Part shown: positions 31,918 through 43,387 of the stretch, one piece after another
Position numbering within the stretch: the stretch's first letter is position 1
Layout of the letters: the number at the start of each line of letters is the position of its first letter
Assembly (NCBI GenBank): GCA_027923505.1
Contig: BROI01000002.1
Location: 2,108,001-2,172,000 of the forward strand
Length of the DNA stretch: 64,000 nt
Reading direction: 5' to 3'
Source of the DNA: Mayamaea pseudoterrestris
Taxonomy: Eukaryota
Translations under genes and position numbers: made by a program
The notes under the pieces: model-generated
What the model was told of the DNA's origin: nothing
Databases searched by the model: none
What the model saw: only the letters and a program-made list of their open reading frames with translations

Positions 31918-34900
31918 ATGAGTGGCTTGGCGAATTACTTTAGGAACTATTTAAATTGTAATGAAGGCGACGAGAACAAAGCCGCAACCTATGAGGCATC
32001 ATTGCTGCAGCCACTGCAAGAGCAGCAGTCGATCGGCAGCGTGCAGGCTAATGATACTGCAGCGAATCATGCATTACATAACCTACAAAGAGAGTCCATC
32101 GCAGCTTACAACAAATTGCCGGAATATACAAGTGAAATGTTGGATTACAAAGGCTGGAGAAAAACGTCGCAGGAGTATTGTCTTATGTTTTTGAAGGAGC
32201 GCATTAGAGTTGACAATGAAGGGGACGAAGCAGATAATGCAGCAACAACCAGTCAAGAGATTGTTGATCATGATTTGGATGATAAAGAATCGCAGCAGAA
32301 TATGGAGTTGGAATCTCAGGCTCTTGAATTTGCGACAGCAACAGCCGACAATGCTCCTCCGCCAGCGCCCCCTGCATCTGCATCAATCGCTGCGCAACAA
32401 CAAGAAAGAGCCGTTCCCTTTGAGCGCCGCATTCCCCGACATTTGAGAGACACGATTCACGAAATCAACTACTTGTCAGATTTAAACCTCTACACCAAGG
32501 AAATGACTCGCATTAGCCTCTGCCGCGCCGCTCCTTACTGGATGCTGCGCGACGTGAAGCGACCCGCCCTGCTGCGCATGAAACGTCAGCCACCACGCAA
32601 GTACGCCATTTACGATTCTTCGTCATTGAAACGACTGGAACCATGCGGAGGAGGCTGCGATAGTGATGGTCCATTGGCGAGTTTGTACGCCCAAGTCTTG
32701 TGTTTGGAAGTAATACAGTTGGATCGACCGTCGGAGCTTCGCATGCATGTGCCAATGGCGTTGCATCCGTCGACGGCGACAACAACCACCATTCCTAGCA
32801 AGCGGCGGACCAAGGTATACTTTTACAACCAATACGCCCAAGTTGTGAACAAGCTTCTGCTGAAGAAGGGGATCAACAAGGTGACTTACATGTCGTTTCG
32901 TCGCATCCCAGCCATGTGCGTTTTGCCGTGGTCATTCACCGACTGGTTTGATCGACATGGTTGGAACGAGTGCTGTCTTTGTATTGGCGACACTAGTGCT
33001 GCCCGTGTCCCTGAAGCACACAACGATGTCATTGAAAAGCGTTACATTCGCTTCGATAACAAGGAGCTGGAGCTTCGGATCGGCTGGATTGCTGACAATG
33101 CGGCCATGGAAGAATATTCCATACGTGCTGGTGAATCGGAGGTGCTTGTCGATAAGGTTGTTGATACTGGCAGCATTGATTCGCTGAGCTTTGAATATCT
33201 GCGCTGTAGTCGTAAGGAACCTAAAGATTTTGAAGCAGACAAGCAGGGTGGAGACAACAAGAAGAAGCGGCTGGGGACCAATGCACCACAGCCACAGCAG
33301 AAAAGGCATAGCAATCCAGAAACGGCCAGTCATAATCATGGAGCTCAATCGACAAGCGAGGCATCAACAGCTCCAGCCACGCCGAGTCGGCCACTTACGA
33401 GTCCAAACCGCCCCATCAATTCGGCTGACCGAAGAGTTCGTGCCATTGTCTATGACCGTTTGGTAAGTGGCTTTTGCGCGTGCATAAAGCTTTTACGACC
33501 TCCTAACACTCACTCACTTCTTTCTTCACTATAGAATGACTTGCTGCAAAAGCTAGAAACGCGGGCAGCACTTGGTGAGGAAGGAGGATGCATCGTCAGC
33601 ATTTTTACAAGTGTTTTGGGCTTCCGGTCGCCATTTAGAACGAAGAAAGGAGACCAAATGATGAGTATACAACTTGTCGATGACAGCCTTCCGCTTGAAG
33701 ACGACGTTGAAGGCCCTGATAGACCGATTCGGTCTGTTCAATTCAATTTGTTTACAAAGCGTATAGAAGATTTACCTCACCTACGTTACGCTGGCGACGT
33801 GCTGCGGATGCATCGCATCAAAGCGCAACTCTACAAGGGGGAGCTCCAGCTATTGGGAATGCGTGAAAGTTCCTATGTAGTTTTTCGCCATGACCCGGCT
33901 ACAGATGCTTGGCTAACTTTGCCGACCGCTCATATTGAATATCAACTGACGGTGGAGGACCTTGATCGTGTTACCGAATTATGGCACTGGTCACAAAAGC
34001 GATTGCTGGAACACCCGACGATGAAGGCGGAGCACGCTTTGACTATCGAGGAAATGAAACCACAGGGCGATCAAGACAGAGCGTTATTTCACGATGAAGC
34101 TGCGTCAGGCGATTTGACTGTCATGGTGACAGCAGTCATTCCTTCGCCTTTGCAGAGTGATGATAATATTCGAGGGACTGTGCCGTTTGGGTATTTGCGA
34201 GTGTGGGATGGCACTGGTTTTCCAGGGCGAGATCCACTGCCACCTGATATAGTTGATCCAGGAGTATCGAAGGCATTGGTTTATGAACCTTCAAACTCTT
34301 TGTTGAACAAAATCAAGGACGTCTACTGCAAGTACAAGCTTGTTAACCCAGCTTTTACGGCGCAACCACCAGTGACAACAACTGGCAAGATTGTTAACAT
34401 TGTCATTTGGGAACAAGCGCATTGGGAACTGGTCCAGGATGTCGTTTCTCCAGGGTCTTTTATTCGACTGCGAAACATTCAAGATTCTATCCTTCACGAG
34501 CATTCGCTGCGATGCCTCATGGTATACAAAAAGAGTTTTTTGACACCTCTGCCTGACATGACGTTTGAGGTGATCCGCCTGCTCGCTGCCCATGGCGCGC
34601 GTTTGCGTCGCGGCGATCCTGTGAACACGGGTAGCGGAACCTTGAGCTTTCGTCCAAAGGGGCTTCAACACCTCCTCACTGGACCCGTGGGGACGATTTT
34701 CCGTGGAAGTGTGCGCGTCGTTGATACGTTACCACCTTTGAACTACATTAATATGACGACTGTGAAGCAGTTCTTTACGCGCGACGGTTCTGGCGACGCG
34801 TTATATCGACTTGCGGTTTCCATCGCGGATGAGCACTCGACTACTATCACTGCTCTTTTAACGGAGGCAGCTGCCACGAGTTTGATTGGCATGTCTCCTT

Positions 34901-35046
34901 CAGTGGCTTTTGCCGAGAGTGCTAAATTACTGACATGCCTGCGCACCATGGCCGACGAGCGTAATTTGTGGGATGTTACAATCCGAAGTGTCGTTGTGCA
35001 TGGTAAGAAGTATTTCATTGTGACGTCTCTTTTTTTGAAAGGTTAA
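31918..35046 (+). CDS. POT1: Protection of telomeres 1 (POT1)-like OB-fold protein with long N-terminal extension, 2 exons
   Basis: Intron 33463-33534 joins YDRL to NDLLQKLE. OB1 reads VLGFRSPFRTKKGD...LVDDS...NLF...LP...GDVLRMHR; OB2 has LRVWDGTG and FIRLRNI. The 5' start is uncertain. Confidence 0.82.
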
Positions 35047-35186
35047 TAAGGTTTAATATCACACGATGAGGTAGATTCAATACTACGCATACTCAGTTAG
35101 CAAGAGCATCATTAAGTATTGTAACTTATACTAAGCCGCGTCTTCACTGAGATAATATACTGTACAGTACGTAGCTCCGACCGTAT

Positions 35187-36242
35187 TCAACCCTGCATGG
35201 AGTAGTAACAATCCTTTGCCACTTCTTCATCACCCACGGCAAAGACTCGCGAAAGCAGCCTCGACCTTCCAGTCAAGCACCGACTCGTCGCACTCAGCAC
35301 CTTGGCTCGCTGGTCAAAATCCATACTCTTGGGCAGCTTTTCCTGCGTCTTGACCACGCCCTTGACGACTAGTTTGCGCGCCTGCACCAGCGTCGGAAAG
35401 ACAACCACTTCCAAGCCTCGTGCGTGCGTTCTGGATATATGACAGTGTTCATGCACATCGGTAATGTGTGATTTGGAGCAGGCGTCGTAGACTTTGGTAA
35501 AGTTCTCGGAATACTCCGAGTTGCGCGCCAGTTGCGCGGCCTTTTTGCAGTAGCGTCGAAAGAGCTTGAACTCCATTGGTTGCCACCAAACGGCTTGCTT
35601 TTCCTCCTCGGTGAGCGAGCCTTCGGATTCTAGATAGGCGCAAGCCACATTGCCGTGTTGGTCTAGTATAAAGTTGACATTTTTCTTGATGACGTTTCGT
35701 TCTTCTTCTGCTTGTGGTGAGGGACTTAACCTCAGAGCCTCAACGGCGGAGCATAGTTTCTGCTGAGGTATTGACGGTGTTTCCTTCTCCTCATGCAGCG
35801 GGCCATGAGTCATGGTAGCATCAGTAGGAGCATTTGATGTTTCATCGTCATGATGGAGTGATGGACTGTGAACCAAAGGAGAATGAGTGTATGTGGAAGA
35901 GCCACCAGATGCCGCAGAATGAAAGGTGGACATGCTCGTGTCGCACGTTGTCATTGTGTCGTCGCTGCTACCGTTGCTGCTGATTTTATGGACGTAATTG
36001 GCTGGAAACACAAAGGAAACTTCCTCCTGCTCTTGATGCTGTGGTTGCTTATGATGCCGGGTCATGTAGAGGTCAAGACTTGCTGATGTTTCTCGATGAG
36101 CAGCCGATCGATGGCACGAGATCTCAAGATTGGAGAATGTCCGTATCGGTTCGTCCATCATGACAAGTCTCCTTTTGTAGCGTTGATTCATAGAAGGAAT
36201 GTTGCTGCTGCTGCTGCAATCGCTTCGATCAAGTTGCTTCAT
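35187..36242 (-). CDS. Diatom-type 'RGLE' family hypothetical protein
   Basis: Motif order KNVNF, VWW...EF, HARGLE, then SRLLSRVFAVGDEEVA. Confidence 0.75.
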   Translation of the reverse strand: MKQLDRSDCSSSSNIPSMNQRYKRRLVMMDEPIRTFSNLEISCHRSAAHRETSASLDLYMTRHHKQPQHQEQEEVSFVFPANYVHKISSNGSSDDTMTTCDTSMSTFHSAASGGSSTYTHSPLVHSPSLHHDDETSNAPTDATMTHGPLHEEKETPSIPQQKLCSAVEALRLSPSPQAEEERNVIKKNVNFILDQHGNVACAYLESEGSLTEEEKQAVWWQPMEFKLFRRYCKKAAQLARNSEYSENFTKVYDACSKSHITDVHEHCHISRTHARGLEVVVFPTLVQARKLVVKGVVKTQEKLPKSMDFDQRAKVLSATSRCLTGRSRLLSRVFAVGDEEVAKDCYYSMQG

Positions 36243-36606
36243 TTTCGAACGGGGCGCGCGTCTTTCTCAGCTCGTGGAAGGAGCGGCCGACGAAGACCAA
36301 ATCTGACGCCATGCGTCTCTCGTGGATGACCCGATGGGCCCAATAGAAAATGTCGCTGCCGTAGGTTGATCGTGAGTGACCGAATGCCACGCCTGGAATA
36401 GATTAAAATTACATATGCCCCACTTGAATAGAGTCGCAAATGACCGAACCGTACTGGTCGTGGTGTGACAAGAAACGGACACTGTCACAGCGCGCGCCAG
36501 CGCGGTTTAACGCTTGAAGTGAATCATTCGACCATGATGGACGGCTGACCGACTCATCGCGTCTATCATACAAAGTCGAAGCTTCTCGCATTGGTTGTTT
36601 TAGAAA

Positions 36607-37368
36607 ATGATGGCGACTTCGATGAATATGAAAATAATTTGCAATTTGACAGCGATTCTGCTGTTGCTGTGTATTTCGTCGGATGGCTTCGTCGCACCTC
36701 GTACCTTGACGCATCCACTGACATTTCTCCCACTAGCAAAAGCTGGCAAGGGGTTTGGTAAAGCAAAGGAACCATCAGAGATGAAACCAAGGCCTGTGTC
36801 AGATAATACTATATCATCTTCACCATCTAAACCAGCCGCATCACTAGAAAACTCGTATCTAACGAGCGTCAACGTTGACAATGACATTGACTCGAATCCA
36901 ATGCCGGACAAAAACTTGCCACCGGAGGAACGAACCAAGCTGCTGCTGCGAGAAAAGTATGGTTTGAAACCCATCGAGGAGCAGCAAGCCGATGCCAAGC
37001 AACTGGAAGCGCTCATTGAGCGGCGCAAAAAGCAACAGGAATGGCAAAAGAAGGCGCAGCAGGAACCAGACTTTGATCTCATGACAGCCTTGCCAGCACC
37101 AGTCTTGGTGGGGATTGATCGGTTTCTCAAGGCAGGCGTTGTCGTATGTGGAACCTTGTTCATCATTGCCGGACTGTTCATCACCGTGGAGGCGTGGAGC
37201 AAAACGTCGGGACAGCCGCTTCCCACCGATTTGGATAATTTCATTGTCACCATTGTCGAACCCAACTTTACACCGGGACTCCTAGTGCTGCTATCCTTCT
37301 CCGTCGGACTTGGTTTATTTGCTGCAGCTCAGTTGGGATCGTCGGGTGCATCTTACAAGGAAGACTAA
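36607..37368 (+). CDS. Plastid-targeted membrane protein with 2 C-terminal transmembrane helices
   Basis: Signal peptide followed by SDG-FVAP, a KGFG motif and two hydrophobic helices. Confidence 0.8.
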   Translation: MMATSMNMKIICNLTAILLLLCISSDGFVAPRTLTHPLTFLPLAKAGKGFGKAKEPSEMKPRPVSDNTISSSPSKPAASLENSYLTSVNVDNDIDSNPMPDKNLPPEERTKLLLREKYGLKPIEEQQADAKQLEALIERRKKQQEWQKKAQQEPDFDLMTALPAPVLVGIDRFLKAGVVVCGTLFIIAGLFITVEAWSKTSGQPLPTDLDNFIVTIVEPNFTPGLLVLLSFSVGLGLFAAAQLGSSGASYKED

Positions 37369-37458
37369 ACTTCTAATTTATGAGCGAAAACCAATGGAGT
37401 ATGGTCATTACGCAGCATTGGCATTATACTAATTAGAATGCGTATGACTGTTTATCAT

Positions 37459-37686
37459 TCGCGGCAATCTGGAGTGCAGCCTGGCATCGGTATGGCGCAG
37501 TCAAATTTGCTTTGGATCACTAAGTCGATAGGAAGCGCGGAGCACTCCGGTTTCCCAAAGCCAAATACATGTCGCGGCTAGAGAATCCTGCTGCCAGGAT
37601 TCTCCAGGGGTGGGCGGAGCAAAAACTACAGACTGATCTGAAGGATACTGGGCGGTGGGCAAGACGCCTCCAACTATCGCCGCCTG
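37459..37686. other. Putative structured RNA / inverted-repeat cluster between convergent genes
   Basis: Perfect 10-bp hairpin 37581-37604 and complementary pairs 37469-77/37542-50, 37505-15/37555-66 and 37650-58/37677-85. Confidence 0.35.
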
Positions 37687-37754
37687 TGCATGTCATCCAT
37701 GATGTACTGTGTCCTGTGTGTTAGTCATGTAGCTACAGAATTTGATGGGGAGCC

Positions 37755-38360
37755 CTATGTCATTACTTCCTTCAGCTCCTCCAAAAGCGTTTCTGCATCC
37801 GCCGCGGCATCCTCCACGATGCGAAAGGTGACAACGTGTCCATTCTTGACAATCATGGAGAATCGCTTGGATCGATCGCCAAGCGAAACAACGTCATAGT
37901 TGGCATTCACGCCGTAGGCCTTGGCGAACGTTCCATCGTCCGCCAGGAATGAAATCTTGGATGAGTCGTTTCCCATTTCCTTGCCCCACGCATGCATGGC
38001 GTACGGATCCGCTACACTGTAGCAAACAATCTCGTCGGCGCCGGCTGTCAACAACGCATCGGCGTGCCGCTGGTACGGCGGATAGTGCGCCAGGGAGCAT
38101 GTTCCTGTGAATGGCGCGGGAATGCCAAAGACGGCGACAGTCTTGTTGCCTCCGAACAGTTCCTTGAGAGTGACGGCATTGTCAATCGCCATGTTGGACC
38201 CTTCCTCTGACGAATTGTACCAAGGACGGCATTTCTGAAGGGAAATGACACTGGAAATCATGTCGGTTCCGATGGTAATGCTTCTTGTCGTCATCTTGTT
38301 GTTGTTGACTGCTTTGCGAGTGACACTGACAAGGGTAGATGCGATCCTGGTGGTCATCAT
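37755..38360 (-). CDS. Type II peroxiredoxin (Prx5-like), probably mitochondrial
   Basis: PAPFTGTCSLAH peroxidatic motif, SVADPY and RSKRFSM. Thr/Arg-rich presequence starting at 38360. Confidence 0.88.
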   Translation of the reverse strand: MMTTRIASTLVSVTRKAVNNNKMTTRSITIGTDMISSVISLQKCRPWYNSSEEGSNMAIDNAVTLKELFGGNKTVAVFGIPAPFTGTCSLAHYPPYQRHADALLTAGADEIVCYSVADPYAMHAWGKEMGNDSSKISFLADDGTFAKAYGVNANYDVVSLGDRSKRFSMIVKNGHVVTFRIVEDAAADAETLLEELKEVMT

Positions 38361-38772
38361 CAATTTATGCTTGCTTTCCTTACAAAAGAAGAAGCTAAAA
38401 CACAGGAAGTTTGTCGCCTGCATCTGCCTTGATTCGGAAAGGCCTCCGCCGCGAGGAACGTCATTGAGCAGAACGTGACAATCACCAGTGCGACATCGAG
38501 CTACCGCCCATTCGCCAGGTAGCGCAGCAGCGCATTTTTGGTTTCGATCAAGATGTACCGTTAGGGTGTGCTCGCTAATACATATCCTATTTTCGACCTA
38601 TTAGAGAGAAACGCGAGCATCTTCCTTCTAACTAATATAAAAAGTACGATCTGCAAAATTACAAAGTCGGCGTGCCGCATTCTTTAAATCCACCGTTTGA
38701 CTGCGCGATACGATTTCGTCCACCAGCCATAAGTTAAGTCCACACTCATCCCAAACAGAGTACTCGTCAACG

Positions 38773-39705
38773 CTATGCCGCAGGCGCAAAGACAGGATAC
38801 CGACTCAGTACAAACAGCAGATTCATGTAGTAAAACACATACTCATCCTTGATGAGCAGCTTCGCGCAGTCCATCATGGCAAAGGTCGTCAGCATGCGAC
38901 CCGCAAAGTACAGCGACTGCGGCTCGTTGAACTCGTGCGAAGCAATGAAACCCATATTGTTGGAGAGCGCCATGACCAATAAATTGTAGTCGGACGTGCC
39001 AAAGTCGCTGCGTGGCACATGGTCAGCTGCATGTAACGCCATTTCGTAGTATTGAAAGGCAATCTTTTGGTAAGCTTCGTTTGAAACGTTTTGTAACGCA
39101 ATCAGTTGATGAGACAATCCCATGTTGTACAAAATGACTGCCGGTAACAGTCGGAGTCGACGCAGCCAGCGCTCGGACGAAACTTGCTCGTCGACAATGC
39201 AAAAGGCTCGATTGTAGATTGAAAAACAATTGTGTGGTGACCATACCAAGTCTTTATGTTCTGCAACGGATACTTGTGATGTTGAACTGACTGGACAGCT
39301 CTGGATAGACGGCGTTTGATGTTGTATCATGATGGAAGGGTTTCCTGCCATGGTCGCAAGCAGTGGCATTGTCAGGCCCATTGACTTCCATGATTCCAGT
39401 GACAGACAAGCTATCACAACGCTATGATGCGATGGCATTAGGTAACTGTCGCAAATTACGTTCAGAGCTGCTTGGAATGTATGTATGGCTTCCTCGAGTC
39501 GTCCCGACTGCATCATGATGATGGCATGGTTGTTCAACTCGGACGCGGAGTCGATCTGTAAATGATGTTGCGAGCCAGAGTCCGGCTGCGTGAGCATTTG
39601 ATAGGCATAGTCAGCGTTTCCAGTCAAGGAAGGACTCGACCAGGCAATGGCATCTTCGCAGGAGTTTCTCATGGTGATTGTTCTATGCAGTTTGTGGTGA
39701 TTCAT
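38773..39705 (-). CDS. Diatom-type TPR-like family protein ending in APAA
   Basis: LNNHAI, IYNRAF, ILYNMGLSHQ, NNMG and terminal FAPAA. Confidence 0.8.
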   Translation of the reverse strand: MNHHKLHRTITMRNSCEDAIAWSSPSLTGNADYAYQMLTQPDSGSQHHLQIDSASELNNHAIIMMQSGRLEEAIHTFQAALNVICDSYLMPSHHSVVIACLSLESWKSMGLTMPLLATMAGNPSIMIQHQTPSIQSCPVSSTSQVSVAEHKDLVWSPHNCFSIYNRAFCIVDEQVSSERWLRRLRLLPAVILYNMGLSHQLIALQNVSNEAYQKIAFQYYEMALHAADHVPRSDFGTSDYNLLVMALSNNMGFIASHEFNEPQSLYFAGRMLTTFAMMDCAKLLIKDEYVFYYMNLLFVLSRYPVFAPAA

Positions 39706-40209
39706 GTCGGGTCAAACCTGCGGGGCAGCTTCGCTTCATTTTGTGAACGAGTCATGGAGCTCTCGTCCCCTTGTTCTTCGAAGCTTCGCATTTGAATTGA
39801 GTACTATTTGCGTCATACTAAGTGTGACGAACGACTTCGCAGCTTCTTTTTCAGATCGAAGAACACACGTAGGATTCTACGAGCGTTGCAGTATGGGAAG
39901 CGGTTGCGAAGCCATTACCGGTACGATATCTTGATACTCCAACGGTGCTTACATGGATCATTCACAATGATGTTATCTTGAATCGCCGCTTGTCTAAACG
40001 CTCGACAGATAAAAATTACTCCTATACACCTTGAATGCGTGGCGCTGCAATGATATGATACATAGAATTGGTGCGGCCAGCCACTGGACATATTAGGTTG
40101 GGTTTCATGCTTGGTCTACCACCAAGTTTGGCTACTATGCGAAGGAGTACTAAATTGGCTAACAGTAAACAGCATGATGTGCAAAATTCTCAAAAATTTC
40201 TTGTTCAAA

Positions 40210-41426
40210 TTATTGCCGCTGTCTATAATCTGGCACAAAGTCAACGGTTTTGCCTGCCATAATGTCGGTGCTTGTAAGTAGAACAAATGTATATCCCAAC
40301 ATATTTGAAACCACGACATATCCACAAAATGGAGTCGGGTTATCGCAAAGCCCATCATTTCCAGAATCTGCCACTGAAACTGTATATGTGACGCCTACAT
40401 TCAATGCAGCAGTGAACTGGCGAGTTGTTTGGAAATCTGTATTTTCAACGCCTTTGAAGACCATTTCAGCCAAATTTCTCCTGTTTGTGATTTTGATTTC
40501 GATTTGTTCAGGGTTTGAATCAAACGGAATGGTCACAAAAATGGTGATCGGGGATCCGGTGGGAGAAGAGGTGCGGAGACGCGTATCGGTGTGCGACTTG
40601 GCATTTTGCTTGGAGAGCGGCTAGGCCTACCACTTGGAGATTTGCTCGGTCTGCCACTAGGCTTCTGGCTGGGAATGTTGCTAGGGACTTGGCTGGGTTT
40701 CATGCTTGGTCTGTTGCTCGGGAGCACTGACGGTAAACTGCTTGGTCTTCCACTTGGAGCAAAGCTGGGTTGCGTACTTGGAGTTTTTGATGGCAGCTGA
40801 CTCGGCGCGAAGGAAGGATTGCGACTGGGAACTGCACTTGGTATTATAGACGGTGCAGCGCTGGGTCGAAAGCTCGGAGTCTTTGATGGATGGTGACTTG
40901 GTGAGATGGACGGAGTATGGCTAGGAACTGCACTTGGTAGTTGAGTAGGTCCAACGCTCGGATTTTTACTTGGAATCGTAGACGGTAGGTGACTTGGTGA
41001 GGTTGAGGGAGTTCGACTTGGTTCATTACTTGGCAGTTGGGTCGGTTGAATACTCGGACTTCTGCTTGGTCTATTTGATGGTGAGCGACTAGGTTTGGAA
41101 CTTGGAGATTTGCTTGGTGGGCATTGTTGTCGAATAACTTTTCTTGTCACCATTTGGATGACTCGTTTCTGTCGCCGAGCCGACAAGTCAGCTAGTACGA
41201 TTCCACAATCGAGTAGAGCTACATATTGTACACACTTATTGAAGGTCTCGTCTGGCTGGCAGGTATTGCTACAAGGAAAATTTGTGCTCTTGAAACATTC
41301 TCTTGCCAGCTCATTGTTTGTGCGAAGGTTCGTTCTGAGCTTGTCGATGGTTGCTGCGTTTGTTGTTGCCGGTCCGTGAAGTATCACCGGCAGCATAAGA
41401 ATGGCAAAGCTTGGACAGTTCCTCAT
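40210..41426 (-). pseudogene. Secreted PS-repeat (mucin-like) protein with a C-terminal globular domain, frameshifted near 40585
   Basis: Signal peptide, a Cys-rich segment and about 40 PSxx repeats. The repeat continues in another frame (TSSPTGSPITIFVTIPFDSNPEQ...VADSGNDGLC) with no convincing intron. Confidence 0.6.
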
Positions 41427-41964
41427 TGTATTGTCCTCTTTTGATGAATGATGTAGCAGTCGTTCACAGCCCAATTTTGTAGCATGAACTCATGAGCCAA
41501 AGGCCAAAGGTATGCTGTAAGTTTCGATGGTGAGCAGTCGCTCGTCTCATTTTCTCAGTCCCGAACTTGAGCTAAATTTGTATGCTGTCATTATTGATAG
41601 CGTTACTCGGATGGTCCGACAGTATTGGTACTATTGCCCTAAGTCTTTGTCCACGCCAGCAGACGCGTTTTGAAGCGTGCACTGACATGATACGCATTCT
41701 GATTGGTGGACGGGCTTCAAGTTGTATTTTCGCGTGAGAAAATGACCTGCTGTCGTCCCAGCCTGTTATCCAACTTAAACATCGTTCTGGAAAGCAAAGC
41801 TTGCCAGTATTCATACCTAACCCCGACCAGTTTGTCTGCAATTCGTAGCATAGGATATACCGGTATGAACGAATGCGTTATGAGGTGTAGCAGAAGCATG
41901 TCAAAGATATATTAGTAATGCATTGTTGTATGTAATGAATATAACGAATCAAGCACCTCAATCA

Positions 41965-42849
41965 TCATGCGCACACTGCATATCGACTGCCTTGTAGGCT
42001 TCCAGTGCGCACTGGAGCCCTCGCGTGCGCTTTGGCGTTGCTTGAGGACGGTGCCGCCGAAGTGTTGATCATGGCCAACGCTTCGTCACCTTTGGCAACC
42101 ATGAATGCATATCTTGTCGAAGCGGCCGAGTCTGTCAAGCTACATATGCGAAGCAAACACGATAGTTGCTCGGGATCCTTGTCGCGACAGGACTCTTGAA
42201 TGGCAAGTACCTTGCGAGTCGCCAAGCTACGATGCTTGATGAAAAAGTCGCAGATGAAATGTTCCAAGCCCCTCGTGTTGCATTCCGTCAGCGTCTCAAT
42301 GGCCTTGGCATCCGTCAGTGCGAGTGATTTTAGTGTTGATTCATTCTTGAGCGTTGGGTCATGGAGAAAACGAATGGACTGAGCAATGGCGTCGCCTGTG
42401 GTGTTTTTGTAGTAGCGCGCCACATCCTTTTGAAAGCTGCGAAAATTCCTTGTTTCCTGGCGAGACCAGAAACAGTCGGCGGCATGTTCCGGTGGAACGG
42501 CAGGATAGGAAAATATTTTTTCAACAGGTGTATGCCGCAGGTTGCTCTTTTCGTACATGGCGAATCGCACGCGCCGTTTTGAATGTACTGTCGGTGCATC
42601 TGGCATGAATTCTTCGCTTGTGTCTCTGACTGGCATGGTTGGATTGACATCCAAATGGAAGCTTGGACATGAATGCAGCTTCTCCTTTTTCCTGAGAGCA
42701 CGTTTCTTGGCGCATTGCTTTCGAGGCGAAATTGCCATGGGAAGCTGCGGCAATGTCCAGCGATCCGTCTTGGACGCAAAACCAAGGCTTTGCGTCGACT
42801 GCCAGCGAATGGCTCGTCGAGGACTGTGATTTGCGGTAGCCATGGTCAA
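41965..42849 (-). CDS. Diatom-type 'RGLE' family hypothetical protein
   Basis: RRVRF, FWSRQE, TRGLE and AKGDEALA, in the same order as in 35187-36242. Confidence 0.75.
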   Translation of the reverse strand: MTMATANHSPRRAIRWQSTQSLGFASKTDRWTLPQLPMAISPRKQCAKKRALRKKEKLHSCPSFHLDVNPTMPVRDTSEEFMPDAPTVHSKRRVRFAMYEKSNLRHTPVEKIFSYPAVPPEHAADCFWSRQETRNFRSFQKDVARYYKNTTGDAIAQSIRFLHDPTLKNESTLKSLALTDAKAIETLTECNTRGLEHFICDFFIKHRSLATRKVLAIQESCRDKDPEQLSCLLRICSLTDSAASTRYAFMVAKGDEALAMINTSAAPSSSNAKAHARAPVRTGSLQGSRYAVCA

Positions 42850-43387
42850 TCTTTGGGTTTACTCTGATCGGACAGCTTGCTGCAAACAAGTTTGTGGACG
42901 AACGTCGTTGGTGCCGACCTCACATTTTAAAGGAGCCGATATCTTGCATGCTCAACAGAAACATACGTGTTCCAGTCAGGACTGGGGCAATACTTGATGA
43001 CACATATGTTTGATCGTGGATTGAGATCTTACTCATCGCTCTTATGCCTCCAGAAGCAAATGTCAATATCAAATGGATGAAAACAACAGCTGGTCATGCC
43101 ACGCCGCTATAGCCTGCATCTTGTGGAAGATTACACTCCAGTCAAATGTACTAAGAATAATATCAAGACGCTCTTCCTCGTCGCAACAGCCACGAACGAA
43201 TATGGCCTGCAGCAGAAGGTAATCGTAAAAATGACACGTGGGCCATTCGTGCGTTGGTACCGCTACGACGATGAAACGCACGCGGCGGAAACGGATCTCG
43301 AAAGCATCTGGCGATCTGTCGATCTGGCGTGACATGGTAGTTCGACTTGCAAGATCTTTCGAGCCATGCTAGTAGATTGCTTCCACC

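Noticed and set aside
37600..37660. snRNA, U3 or RNase P-like fragments (CAGACT; AGTTTTTG on the minus strand)
   Set aside because: The required partner motifs (U5 loop 1, RNase P CR-I, box C/D pair) were not found. Kept only as an unassigned structured element.
38561..38566. TTAGGG hexamer a few kb from the POT1 gene
   Set aside because: A single copy is expected by chance; there is no telomeric array.
43096..43332. 78-aa plus-strand ORF just upstream of the transglutaminase-like gene
   Set aside because: No recognisable motif or splice link. It could be a small gene or uORF but cannot be supported from sequence alone.
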